In this document: positions 41,700 through 50,952 of the stretch, piece by piece
Layout: the number at the start of each line of letters is the position of its first letter
Numbering within the stretch: position 1 is the first letter of the stretch
IMG/VR virus record: IMGVR_UViG_3300045391_003766
Coordinates: 5,395 to 69,394 of that record
Reading direction: 5' to 3' (one strand)
Source: a virus
Length of the DNA stretch: 64,000 nt
Program-made: the position numbers and the translations under genes
The notes under the pieces: model-generated
The model's database searches: none
What the model saw: only the letters and a program-made list of their open reading frames with translations
Told to the model about the DNA's origin: nothing

Positions 41700-42401
41700 T
41701 TAACTATTAAATAGTCTCCCATTTTTCATCAACGCGCAACGCACCTTTTTGAGCGCGCGGACATGGGTGAATTGAATAGCGCTGCGCGATACGCCCAGCA
41801 TCTTGCCGATTTTGCTGAAGTCGAATCCGCCGCGATAGAAAAGGTCGAGGACCATTTTTTCCTGATCGCTAAGTTCGCGGTCAATCACGTCCTTCACCAT
41901 TGCCCAACGTTCGCGCAGATCGATGGCATCGAATTCTGGTTCAACCGCAAACGTGCCAGCGCAAACGTCGTTAAAACAATCCTCTAAACGAATAGGCGAC
42001 GCCAACACCGAGTCGCCTAAAAATTCTCCGACTTCTCCAATTTCACGACTGGATTGCATAGAAACTGTAACTCCATTTTTTACCGTGTCTCTTGCCCGCC
42101 ATGCGCGAGAAATCTCGCCCCGAATGTAGGGCTTGGCGTAACCCATGAATCGCGACTTGGCGAACCGATGGTTGCGCTCCGGCTTGTAGTTATTCGCCGC
42201 GTGGCGCACCGCAGAGTAAGCGAGACTGAAAAGTTCGTCGTCCGGCAGGAGGCTCCGGCTGACTCCCTTCGCGTAATAAAACGCATCGCGCATCGTATGC
42301 AGGACCAGCTTCTCGCGGCCTTTTTCGGTGCGGGCGCAAGCAATTTCTTGGGCTATGGTGAGCTTCGCTTCCGGGAGCGACGATAGTAGGGTTGGATTCA
42401 T
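41700..42401 (-). CDS. Phage RNA polymerase sigma factor (sigma70 regions 2 and 4)
   Basis: Region 2-like ELFSLAYSAVRHAANNYKPE...FMGYAKPYIRGEI and region 4 LSDQEKMVLDLFY...FSKIGKMLGVSRSAI. Confidence 0.85.
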   Translation of the reverse strand: MNPTLLSSLPEAKLTIAQEIACARTEKGREKLVLHTMRDAFYYAKGVSRSLLPDDELFSLAYSAVRHAANNYKPERNHRFAKSRFMGYAKPYIRGEISRAWRARDTVKNGVTVSMQSSREIGEVGEFLGDSVLASPIRLEDCFNDVCAGTFAVEPEFDAIDLRERWAMVKDVIDRELSDQEKMVLDLFYRGGFDFSKIGKMLGVSRSAIQFTHVRALKKVRCALMKNGRLFNS

Positions 42402-42402
42402 G

Positions 42403-44532
42403 TTAATTTTTGGGCGTGCGATAAAAAACCCAGATTCGCATTTTGTTTTCCCCGGTTTCAACGGCGCAGCGGAACAGTCCCTCGCGCTGGATCATTTCCA
42501 GATACCGCGCGGTTTGTTCCATCCGCAGGGACCGAACAACGTAGTCGTTGAGTGGATTGCTGGTGATAAGCTTGATCACCTGCGTAACGGTTCCTCGGAA
42601 AGCGTCCTCTGTGGGGTTCATTTCAAAGTAGGTGTTCAACGCTTCGATGAGCAGTTCCTTGAACGGTGCGGCCTTCGAGGCTTGCCGAGTTTGATCGAGC
42701 AGCGATGACTCGTGATATGACGCGAAGCCGAAGCGCGGATCACGCGCGATATGCGCCGGGACTTCCCAATCCACAAGCCAGCGAAGCAGATAGGGCATGC
42801 AGTCGTCACGAATGCGCGTCATTTCTCCCCACGGCGGGAACTGAAATTTTGTCTTGGCGGCGCACCGGAAGATCGACGTTTTGTCCATCGATGTGTTGTC
42901 CATCGGGCCGAGCATTTTCGTGGAAATGAAATCCAAGTTTGTCGTGACGATGACTCGCCCGGACCACGCAACCATGCAGTCCACTTCAAACTTTTTGTTG
43001 TGGGGGCTCGTCTGATTGGCGGCGGTTTTCTTGAGCATCGCGTGAAGAATTTCCTGATCACCAGACGGGGTGTCGTCGTCCAGCGCCCACAGTGCCGCCT
43101 CGAACAAGTGCGAATTGAACGAGCCGCCTCGGACGAGATAAGACGCCGCGTCAGCGAAACCGCCGACCGACCAGCCGACCAGTTCCCGGTTCGTGAAGGT
43201 CTTGCCTGTGCCAGCGCCGCCACAGAGAAAACAATTCTGGCCGGGACGCGGGGTTAGCGAAAGGCCGGACATATAAAAGTATTTCCACCACGCCAGCCAA
43301 TACCAAAGCTGCTCCGGTGGATCAAAAAGCGCTTCCAGCATGGCGCACAGCGGGGCGAACTTTCCTTCGGCACCCCAAGGGGTCCATTCATCAGCCGGTT
43401 TCTTGACTAAATTGCTCCAAGTGTTTAAACGTCTTTTTCCCATAAAGTAAATCAGGCCGGGTTGTTGGAAAACGAATGGGGCCGACCCGAAGATTCGATT
43501 GTGTGTGTAGATGTGATTCAAAGCTTGATCGAGCATCGAGACGCCCTCTTTGCCGGGCTTGGATGATAGCTTGCAATCGACCTTGAAAACATTCGTCATC
43601 TCCGTGCCTTCGCACGAGACGTAAATTCCGCCGACCTTGCGCCAAAAATGTCTGCCATCCCACCACACGTCTTCGGTGGCCTTAGTCATCGCGTTGTCGG
43701 AAAAATCTTTTACGAATTCGTTGCCGAGCAGTTCTGCCCACGAGTAAAAAGCTTTCGTCGCGTGAGCGGAGAACGTAAACATGCCTTCTTTTTTCAAGAT
43801 GGCCGACAGGGGGGATTCGCTGCCCTCAATCCAAAACGACGGGCCTTGGGTCTCTGCCTCGAAGGGACCGGGCCACGAGAAGTTTGAGTATTTGACTTTG
43901 AGCGCGGCTTCGACAGTATCGAGAGGGATCACCACGTCCACCGCGCCCATCTTGAATTCTCGCGCGCACTTGACGAAGAACGATTGCAGTTTGGCTGCTG
44001 GCACGTCGCCGTGGCCAGTGCTGATCCACTCGCCGCCATTACAAAGCAAACGGTTGGGGTCTGTCAGCGCGCCTTCGTCCAAACCCGGAAGCAGATCGAG
44101 CGAGAGCCACTTGCGGCACTGTTCGAGAAAAAACACGCAGAAATCGTAGGTCTCCACCATCACCGGGCGAGGGAAGGTCCAAACAAGGCGCACGTTGCCG
44201 CCGAGAGAGCGTTCGATCCACGCGGGCTTGATACTCATGGCTGCGATGGCCTCATAGACGCGCTCAAGAGCAATCTTCAAATCGAAGTCCACCGGCACGC
44301 CGGACAGCAGGCGCGGAGGATTGTCTTTGGAGGGCCGTTGATTGGGATTCGACGCTTCAATGGCCGTGTAGAAGTTCCAGCGCGTTGAGACGTTTCGGTA
44401 GAAGTCTTGCCGGGTGTCCTTGTCGTGCCGGACCTGTGCGCCCGGTTCGTTTTCTGGTGTGACGACGAACTCCCACGGATTGCCGGGGGCCACTGTTTTT
44501 TCAACTAAGTTAGTTGCAATGGAAAAAGGCAT
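42403..44532 (-). CDS. Primase-helicase (AEP-like N-terminus, D5/SF3-like NTPase C-terminus)
   Basis: Walker A CGGAGTGKT, WALDD, VIVTTN; N-terminal VDFD and RSLGGNVRLVW. Confidence 0.75.
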   Translation of the reverse strand: MPFSIATNLVEKTVAPGNPWEFVVTPENEPGAQVRHDKDTRQDFYRNVSTRWNFYTAIEASNPNQRPSKDNPPRLLSGVPVDFDLKIALERVYEAIAAMSIKPAWIERSLGGNVRLVWTFPRPVMVETYDFCVFFLEQCRKWLSLDLLPGLDEGALTDPNRLLCNGGEWISTGHGDVPAAKLQSFFVKCAREFKMGAVDVVIPLDTVEAALKVKYSNFSWPGPFEAETQGPSFWIEGSESPLSAILKKEGMFTFSAHATKAFYSWAELLGNEFVKDFSDNAMTKATEDVWWDGRHFWRKVGGIYVSCEGTEMTNVFKVDCKLSSKPGKEGVSMLDQALNHIYTHNRIFGSAPFVFQQPGLIYFMGKRRLNTWSNLVKKPADEWTPWGAEGKFAPLCAMLEALFDPPEQLWYWLAWWKYFYMSGLSLTPRPGQNCFLCGGAGTGKTFTNRELVGWSVGGFADAASYLVRGGSFNSHLFEAALWALDDDTPSGDQEILHAMLKKTAANQTSPHNKKFEVDCMVAWSGRVIVTTNLDFISTKMLGPMDNTSMDKTSIFRCAAKTKFQFPPWGEMTRIRDDCMPYLLRWLVDWEVPAHIARDPRFGFASYHESSLLDQTRQASKAAPFKELLIEALNTYFEMNPTEDAFRGTVTQVIKLITSNPLNDYVVRSLRMEQTARYLEMIQREGLFRCAVETGENKMRIWVFYRTPKN

Positions 44533-44612
44533 ACGTCAACTGTGTTGGTTTCGCACGTTCACGCATTCGCTCTTTGATATGAACATACTCTATGTCGAGG
44601 GTTTGAACAAAC

Positions 44613-46610
44613 CTATTTCTGATAACAGGGGACTTCCTTTACGTCGGCGGCGATTGTGCAGCCGGGAAGCCACGGTATCGGGCGGCTCATCTCTTCTTCC
44701 ACCTTCGAGACAGGGGTATCGAGCGGCACTTCCAAAACGGCCTCGTCATGAACTGAGAAAAGCATTGGCAACTGAGCCGAGCAGAGATTGAGAACGCACA
44801 CAGCAAAAGCATCCCGCGCCACAGCCTGTGTGACGTTCTCCGTCAGCTTGCCGCCGTATGTGATGAACCGGCGCTCGCCGATCTGTGCGGTGAAAACCGT
44901 TTTGCGCTTGGGCTTGAGCGTCTCCGGGTCTTTCTCGAACCGAGCCTCGCAGCGGACGCGCTCATAAACCATTTTTCGCCCACTCGGTAAATTCATCACG
45001 AAGTCTCTGCCGATGGAGCATTTAAAAGTGGTATCAAGCTTGTTCCACAGAGCCACAACTTTTTTGCTCTGCTCTCGGAATTCCTTGACGATTCTTTTCG
45101 CATTGAATCCATATCCTGACACCATTTTGACTTCGCCGGTAATGGGGTGCGCCTCTTCGACGGTCTCAGGATCGTCTTTGGTGATGTCGAGCCCGGCCAG
45201 CACCTTCGCCATGAGGATGAACTTCTCCCATCCGGCTTGGTAGCCTAGCGCGAGCACGCGGGCTTTGGCGAGAGCATATCTTTTCGGGTCTTCGGTTTTT
45301 AGGTCCGCGCCGGTATAGTCCATCGTCGCCCGCGCGTGCGCGACATAAGGCGAGTCCCCAGCGGCCATGCGCTCAAGCATCACCTTATCACCCGCGAGCC
45401 ATGCGAGGACGCGCGGTTCGATTTGGCTCAAGTCAGCGGTGATCATCTTCATGCCCGGACGCGCGATGAAAATGTTGCGAAGGTCCACCGCGTATCGAAC
45501 CCACTCCGGCCATGCGCCAGTTTTTTCCTTGGTCTTCAGCGCGGCGTGGATGCGCTCTTCGTTGACTTCCAACAACCCGGTCTCATTACAGAAAATAGGC
45601 CGCTTGCTCATGTTCTGCATATTGAACTTTGATCCACCAGCCCAGCGCCCGGTGTGCGCGCCAAAATATTTCAACTCGAACGGCATGGTGCCATCAGAGC
45701 GAAGCCGGGCTTTGAGCACGAGGAAAATCTTGTAGAGCCGGTTAATGGAGCGCCACGAGCCGAGCGCATGAATCCAAGGGTGCGTCGGCGCATAGGTGTT
45801 CTCCCACTCTTCGTAAGCTTCCTCGTCGTCCGATTTGACCGGGCAGCACGGGATGCCGTCGCGACGGCACTGCTCCGCAATGCACTTGGTTGACGTGGGC
45901 TTGACCTTGAATTCGTCCCAGCTTTCATCGTCCTCGTCTTCGGCACCAGCGATCCACGGCAACACCTTTTCGGTGTTGAGTTTCATCTCGTGGGTTTCGA
46001 TGATGAATTTTTCGAGCAGGTCTTTGTCGATCTGCACGCCTCGAATGCCCGCGTCGATGGAAAGCTGACTCAAGCGGCGCTCGTGCTCCGGCCACAAGTG
46101 GGCGCACTTCTGCCAAAGCATGATGCAGTAAAAAGGATCGTGCGTTGCATACTTCAGCATGTCTTTACGTTGCTCCGGCGTGAAGTCGTCTGGCCAATGC
46201 TTGCCATCCGCATCTGCGCGTGCTTGCTTGCTGACGTGAACCTTGAGCAAGTGTTCGACTGCGGACGCCAAGTCGCCGCGATTGCAAAGATAGCGGCACA
46301 TGTTGGACGTGCAATGAAATTCTTTGACGGAGGCATAGGTGCCTTTAGGAATCATGCCGCGCCGTTCCAGTTCGATGATGACGTTCTGTTCAAAGTAAGC
46401 GTTATGGGCAAGCACCGTTTTTCCGGCTAGACATCCCCAGTTAAAATCTTTGGGATGGCCGACCCACGATTGGGTGCCGTCGCATGCGGCGATGATGTAG
46501 GGATCGAAAAGCGGGGATCGACAATACTGTTCGGCGATCATCACCTTCAGGGAGTATTTCAACTTGCGGCTGTAGAATGTCTCGAAGTCAATTGAGATGA
46601 TGTCGTTCAT
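44613..46610 (-). CDS. polA: DNA polymerase family A with 3'-5' exonuclease
   Basis: IDFET exonuclease motif, motif A ADLSQIEPR, motif B AKARVLALGY (Leu at the F762-equivalent site), motif C SVHDEAV. Confidence 0.92.
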   Translation of the reverse strand: MNDIISIDFETFYSRKLKYSLKVMIAEQYCRSPLFDPYIIAACDGTQSWVGHPKDFNWGCLAGKTVLAHNAYFEQNVIIELERRGMIPKGTYASVKEFHCTSNMCRYLCNRGDLASAVEHLLKVHVSKQARADADGKHWPDDFTPEQRKDMLKYATHDPFYCIMLWQKCAHLWPEHERRLSQLSIDAGIRGVQIDKDLLEKFIIETHEMKLNTEKVLPWIAGAEDEDDESWDEFKVKPTSTKCIAEQCRRDGIPCCPVKSDDEEAYEEWENTYAPTHPWIHALGSWRSINRLYKIFLVLKARLRSDGTMPFELKYFGAHTGRWAGGSKFNMQNMSKRPIFCNETGLLEVNEERIHAALKTKEKTGAWPEWVRYAVDLRNIFIARPGMKMITADLSQIEPRVLAWLAGDKVMLERMAAGDSPYVAHARATMDYTGADLKTEDPKRYALAKARVLALGYQAGWEKFILMAKVLAGLDITKDDPETVEEAHPITGEVKMVSGYGFNAKRIVKEFREQSKKVVALWNKLDTTFKCSIGRDFVMNLPSGRKMVYERVRCEARFEKDPETLKPKRKTVFTAQIGERRFITYGGKLTENVTQAVARDAFAVCVLNLCSAQLPMLFSVHDEAVLEVPLDTPVSKVEEEMSRPIPWLPGCTIAADVKEVPCYQK

Positions 46611-46621
46611 AGAAACTTTGG

Positions 46622-46841
46622 AGCAGCATTTTTTAAAGCGGTGCTGCTTACCATCCGCCGCCTAATGTCACCCGTCAGGCTCCGGGAGTTTTACCGCAAC
46701 TTATACCTCGCGGCAGGTGCCACGACTTAAAGCCTCGTGACAAAGCTTTTCCGATTTTGTGGTCTCTTGCGGGCGTTCGACCTGCTACTGTTACACTACC
46801 GGATCGGATAACCGGATGGGACTTGCACCCATTCCTCCCGC
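46622..46841 (-). ncRNA. Candidate structured RNA upstream of the DNA polymerase
   Basis: About 230-nt intergenic region with a T-loop-like hairpin, at least five further stems and one crossing pair. Confidence 0.45.
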
Positions 46842-47186
46842 TTAGCTGTTGCGTAGGATTTTGCAATCTGCGTTTGGGCTAATGTTGACCGCGCCGCCTG
46901 TGGTCTCTGGCTCGAATTCACGGACTTCGCCGGTTAGCTTGTCCGTGATTCGCACCTTCGATTTTTTCTTGTTCAACGGCAGGCAGCGCGCCCTACAGTC
47001 GTTGACCATTTCGACGACGTGTTCTTCGCCGCCGATTTCGACGACCATTCCCGGCTGTAGCCGGGACAAGGTGCCGTGCTCTGTCACTCGCATTCCCCGG
47101 CGATCCTTGCTCCGGTTCGCTTCGGGCATCGCGGCAAACTCCGCGCGAACTTGGGCGGCGGTCTTTGGAACGGTCTTAGTCTTCAT
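46842..47186 (-). CDS. Hypothetical protein
   Basis: 114-aa ORF overlapping the upstream stop. Confidence 0.5.
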   Translation of the reverse strand: MKTKTVPKTAAQVRAEFAAMPEANRSKDRRGMRVTEHGTLSRLQPGMVVEIGGEEHVVEMVNDCRARCLPLNKKKSKVRITDKLTGEVREFEPETTGGAVNISPNADCKILRNS

Positions 47187-47823
47187 CGCCGTCCTCCAAA
47201 GTGTCGTCTTCCAGTTCTTCGGGAATCTCGAACGTCATCGGTTTGCGATGTTGCGGACACCATGGGGCTCCCGCTTCGTCGATCCACTTACGGCTGGTGC
47301 GAACGACATACCCGCACTCCGGGCATTCGCACTTGACCATCCGGGTAGTTTGCTTTTTCGTTGGCCGCTTCAGGGCGTCGAGCATGGCGTGCGGATACGG
47401 ACCAAGCTTGGTCGCCCACTGCTTGCAGGCTTCCAGCAACTTTTCTCCGGCATAGGTCGCCGTGAGTTTGCCTTCGAGGCCGACTGCACGCGCGCACTTG
47501 CCGAAAACTTTGTTGTGCTTGTTCTCATTGCCGACGACGGTGTGGACAACTTCATGCACGAGGGTATCGAGCACGCCTTGCGGCTTGTCCAGTTCGATCA
47601 GCCACGGCGAGATGAAGATTTGGGCGATACCGTCCTTGGCCGCGTCCTTGCTCCATGCTTCACCGAGGCAACGTTTCTTGGCGCTAAGGCCACGAGATGA
47701 CGGCCAGCCGCAGGCAACCTTTATCTTAGGCACCTTGTAGCCAGCCGATTCAAAGAGCGGGGTCATAAGGCCGACTGAGGCCAAGAGCCACTGCTCGCGA
47801 GTTTCGTATTTTGATTTACTCAT
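47176..47823 (-). CDS. SprT-like zinc metalloprotease with C-terminal Zn ribbon
   Basis: LVHEVVH...H motif and KCECPECGY...CPQH. Confidence 0.75.
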   Translation of the reverse strand: MSKSKYETREQWLLASVGLMTPLFESAGYKVPKIKVACGWPSSRGLSAKKRCLGEAWSKDAAKDGIAQIFISPWLIELDKPQGVLDTLVHEVVHTVVGNENKHNKVFGKCARAVGLEGKLTATYAGEKLLEACKQWATKLGPYPHAMLDALKRPTKKQTTRMVKCECPECGYVVRTSRKWIDEAGAPWCPQHRKPMTFEIPEELEDDTLEDGDED

Positions 47824-47828
47824 GCCTC

Positions 47829-47856
47829 AATGTAGCACAAGACGTTTAAACGTCAA
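47829..47856 (-). promoter_or_regulatory. Sigma70-type promoter TTGACG-16 nt-TACATT with palindromic operator
   Basis: TG extension present; -10 ends 5 nt before ATG 47823; the 14-bp palindrome GACGTTTAAACGTC (47841-47854) overlaps spacer and -35. Confidence 0.7.
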
Positions 47857-47860
47857 AGTA

Positions 47861-48040
47861 TTATTTTTCCAGAGCCAGCAAGAGGACAAGGAAGACCAAC
47901 AAAACAATGATTGCAGGAAGCCACAAAGGCGCGAAGACCCACAGCCACGACCACTTAACTACGCCACAGAGTTTGAGAACGAGGAATGTGACAAACAGCA
48001 CGCCGCCGAGTCCGATACCGCCTGATGAAGAATTTTCCAT
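47861..48040 (-). CDS. Small two-TM membrane protein (59 aa, not in the ORF track)
   Basis: MENSSSGGIGLGGVLFVTFLVLKLCGVVKWSWLWVFAPLW..., the GGIG...LKL.G...WSW.WV..P.W pattern common in phages. Confidence 0.7.
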   Translation of the reverse strand: MENSSSGGIGLGGVLFVTFLVLKLCGVVKWSWLWVFAPLWLPAIIVLLVFLVLLLALEK

Positions 48041-48052
48041 ATTTTTATTTTA

Positions 48053-48094
48053 CCGGGCGGGCGGATTCGCGTATAGCGGGAGACGCCCGCCCGG
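48053..48094 (-). other. GC-rich hairpin (processing, stability or terminator element)
   Basis: CCGGGCGGGCG...CGCCCGCCCGG 11-bp stem with inner pairing; no U tract on the coding strand. Confidence 0.5.
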
Positions 48095-48109
48095 CTTGGG
48101 TTGGGCAGG

Positions 48110-48958
48110 TTATTGTGCCGGTTGAGTCAGAAACGACTTGATGAAGTCGAGAATCGCGGGCGACGTTTTGGGACCGGGAACGAAAACCGGGTTCCAGTAG
48201 GTGCTGTTCCCTTCCGGCGCTTTTTCAGTGCGGCTGGAAACTTGGAACTGAACCGTTGCGATGCCGTCCCGGAGGTAGCCGAGAATGCGATTCGTGTTGA
48301 TGACTTTCTTGACGACCGCCGTATAAGCGGAGCCTTTCATCGCCCAGAGAGCGAGGGCATACTTTTTGCCGTCAATGTCATAGATGAAGGTGTTGCCGTC
48401 ATCCGTGCAGATTTCCGGGCGCTCAACGAGCACGAGCATGTCCGACATAAACTCGAACCGGCGCATGCCGTCCGCCTTTTTCAGATTCCATTCTTTGTAG
48501 TCCGTGGTGCCGCCCATCGCGCGGACTTCTTCCTCGGTGTTGCAGATTGCTCCGCGATCACCACCGGGAAGTTTTTCCACGAAGCGAGTTGGCCGCTTTC
48601 CACAGACAACCATGTTGACCGGGAGCGATCCTTTCTTTTTCACGGTGTTCGTTTTCGCGTCGATGAGAGTCGGCTCGAAAATGATCAGGCTCTGTCCATG
48701 AATCAGCGCGCCGGACGGAAAAGAATCTTTCAGGATGCCCGTGTTCTGCACCAAATTGATGCGGGGCATGATGATGTCCTTGAAGTCCGGGATGTTGTCA
48801 CCGAGTCCGAAGCCGGTAGGCGCAGGCACGCCAACAGGAGCAACGACAGCGGGGACGCCGACAGCGCCGGGTGCTGGATCGGGCGTGACGGTGGCTTGGG
48901 TTTCGAGTGTGGGAACTGTGGTTGCTCCGCTAGGAGAGCCGAATGATACTTCTGGCAT
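48110..48958 (-). CDS. Single-stranded DNA-binding or annealing protein (putative)
   Basis: MPRINLVQ motif and OB-like beta composition; position between nuclease and polymerase. Confidence 0.5.
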   Translation of the reverse strand: MPEVSFGSPSGATTVPTLETQATVTPDPAPGAVGVPAVVAPVGVPAPTGFGLGDNIPDFKDIIMPRINLVQNTGILKDSFPSGALIHGQSLIIFEPTLIDAKTNTVKKKGSLPVNMVVCGKRPTRFVEKLPGGDRGAICNTEEEVRAMGGTTDYKEWNLKKADGMRRFEFMSDMLVLVERPEICTDDGNTFIYDIDGKKYALALWAMKGSAYTAVVKKVINTNRILGYLRDGIATVQFQVSSRTEKAPEGNSTYWNPVFVPGPKTSPAILDFIKSFLTQPAQ

Positions 48959-48990
48959 AACGTTTTATTTCGTTAGTTGTTTTGGTTTGT

Positions 48991-49383
48991 TTACTTGTTG
49001 TGTCCCGGATTGCCCACTTGCCCCGGAGGGACAAAGGAACTGGACGACCCGGAAGATGATGCCGACGCAGCAGAGGCAGCAGAGGCAGACGATTCCCCGT
49101 TGCCGGAGACCGTGACGGACGAGCGCGCAGGCCGGAGCAACGCGGACGCACCGACGTTACCGCCAGCGCCGACAACCGCAGTTGCGATGCCGGGGCCGGT
49201 CGCTGACGTAAGGTAGTTGATACCCTCCGGCGTTTGAACCGCGATCACCGCGACGTTCGGGCCATTGAGACTTTGCTCGTGGATGGAATAATATTTGTTC
49301 TCTCCGATGTTTCCAATGTGGTGAACATTGGACACGCAACCGATCAACGGAAGCGCTAGGAGCAGGTGAAGGAATTTTTTCAT
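48991..49383 (-). CDS. Lipoprotein
   Basis: MKKFLHLLLALPLIGC lipobox; Ser/Ala-rich tail. Confidence 0.65.
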   Translation of the reverse strand: MKKFLHLLLALPLIGCVSNVHHIGNIGENKYYSIHEQSLNGPNVAVIAVQTPEGINYLTSATGPGIATAVVGAGGNVGASALLRPARSSVTVSGNGESSASAASAASASSSGSSSSFVPPGQVGNPGHNK

Positions 49384-49387
49384 GTGT

Positions 49388-50602
49388 TTATTGTTTTGGT
49401 GTTTCAGAGGATGATTTCTCCGAAGTGACGCGGAGAAAAGCGTAAGGCTCGCCTTGGACGACAGCGCCACTATCGATCAGAGCCTTCTTGAAAAGTTCAA
49501 CCGTGGCCTTTTTCTGGCCGCGCGGCGACTTCTCGCTAATTTTTTCTTCGACGCCGCCGAATTCGATGGAGAGAGTCGAATCAAATTCTTCTTTCGTGAG
49601 GAAGCGAAGCGCTTCAGACTTGAACTTATCCGAGTCCACCACCGAACGGCGGGAAGACGTAGTGATGTGGTATCCGGGGGGACACTGTGCAGCGCCGCGT
49701 AACACGCGATCTGTAACCTGAGTGCGAAAAGAACCACTCCACGTCTTCATAAGGTCCGCGAGTCTCATTGCGAGCGCGGTTTGATCGGGGGCCATTACCT
49801 TGTTGGGCGAAATGTCGTCCGGGAGACCGACAGGGTAAAACTTTTTTCCAACGTGACACGCGAACGCGGCAACCTTCGGGCAGATGCCAAGGTTAGCGCA
49901 GAAGTTGCAGGCCGGGACCATTGGGTTCGCCATCGACCAATCGCCAGCCTTCGCGAGAGCGCGGGCTTGGCGAGCGCGAGCGACGACGGTTTGGACGCGC
50001 AGGAAAAGCGCGGGGATGTCTTTGCGCTCGAAAGTCGCTGACGTAAGAGAGCCAATCAGCGGTTGCTTGAAGAAAAACGTCACCCTTTGCAGGTGCAAAT
50101 AGTGACGCATCAGGCCGATGGTGTAGGCGATGCCCTGAAGATTGTTTTCGGCGCTCTCCACCGGCCACATACCGAACTTCCAGTCGAAAAGTTCTGCTTC
50201 CGCACCCCAGACGAGCGCGCGGTCCACGTAGCCCGCTGTCGTCGCTACCACCTTGCCATGCACCACGTCGTCGAACACACAGTCATCGGCACGCAAATAG
50301 GTTTCCCGCAGTTCGACGATTGGGGGAACGCCGGTTCGCCGAATCAACTCTTGGGCTCGGCGATCTTCCATCAACGTTTTTCGACGGTCGTAAAAGTCGA
50401 TACACTCCGCTGCCGCAGCAGAGTCATCATCGGCCAGCCGGTTATCGTCCTCGCGCGTATCGGTGACTTCATGCGCGATGGTGCCGATGATGGTTCGGAC
50501 ATGCTGGCTATCTTTGCTGAGATAGCAAGGGCAGGCTTCTAAGCTTTGCAGGCTGGAAGGGGAATAAGGGTGATGAACCCGTTGTTCGATTTGTTCACTC
50601 AT
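49388..50602 (-). CDS. PD-(D/E)XK exonuclease, DUF2800/Cas4-like
   Basis: HHPYSPSSL...CP, GTIAHE, GYVDR, FDWKFG, CNFC...CP. Confidence 0.8.
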   Translation of the reverse strand: MSEQIEQRVHHPYSPSSLQSLEACPCYLSKDSQHVRTIIGTIAHEVTDTREDDNRLADDDSAAAAECIDFYDRRKTLMEDRRAQELIRRTGVPPIVELRETYLRADDCVFDDVVHGKVVATTAGYVDRALVWGAEAELFDWKFGMWPVESAENNLQGIAYTIGLMRHYLHLQRVTFFFKQPLIGSLTSATFERKDIPALFLRVQTVVARARQARALAKAGDWSMANPMVPACNFCANLGICPKVAAFACHVGKKFYPVGLPDDISPNKVMAPDQTALAMRLADLMKTWSGSFRTQVTDRVLRGAAQCPPGYHITTSSRRSVVDSDKFKSEALRFLTKEEFDSTLSIEFGGVEEKISEKSPRGQKKATVELFKKALIDSGAVVQGEPYAFLRVTSEKSSSETPKQ

Positions 50603-50952
50603 TGGACGACGCTAAGGTTGTGAGATGATTTGTTCAGGAAGAAAAAATCCACAGTCTTGTTTTTAGACTTCGATTTGAAAACGAAGGCGGTAGAGTCCTC
50701 GCAAGACGCCTTATAGGGAGCGCGTAAAGTTATTCCCAACGTTGCTAGTATCGCCGAGATTTGTTTAACGTGGGCGTCCGTGAAGTCCTCCGAGCCTCGC
50801 GGGTAAATGTAGATGTCGAGGTCTTTATCAGAATATCCGGCCATTAAAACGCTACCGCCGAGGGCGCAGTGTGCTCTTGCCGGGATCAGGGCTTTTTCGA
50901 TCTGTCGGATCAGATCAATTGCTTCAACGAGTTCCCAAGTTCCGATTTTCAT
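50599..50952 (-). CDS. Pol beta-superfamily nucleotidyltransferase (minimal)
   Basis: GGSVLMAGYSDKDLDIYIY (hGS...DhD) with a third Asp in VDFF. Confidence 0.65.
   Translation of the reverse strand: MKIGTWELVEAIDLIRQIEKALIPARAHCALGGSVLMAGYSDKDLDIYIYPRGSEDFTDAHVKQISAILATLGITLRAPYKASCEDSTAFVFKSKSKNKTVDFFFLNKSSHNLSVVQ

Noticed and set aside
44534-44543. CACAGTTGAC before the primase ATG as a late motif
   Set aside because: Only an 8/10 match, and in front of a replication gene; too weak to count.
46780-46841. tRNA gene suggested by a T-arm-like hairpin and a D-arm-like GTAGTGTAACAGTAGCA tract
   Set aside because: The arms are in the wrong order, the loop reads TGCAAGT, and there is no 7-bp acceptor or anticodon arm. 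Kept only as part of the structured-RNA candidate.
46640-46841. Firm call as FMN or cobalamin riboswitch, or RNase P RNA
   Set aside because: Only short scattered tracts match; spacing and invariant core nucleotides do not fit, so no named family is claimed.
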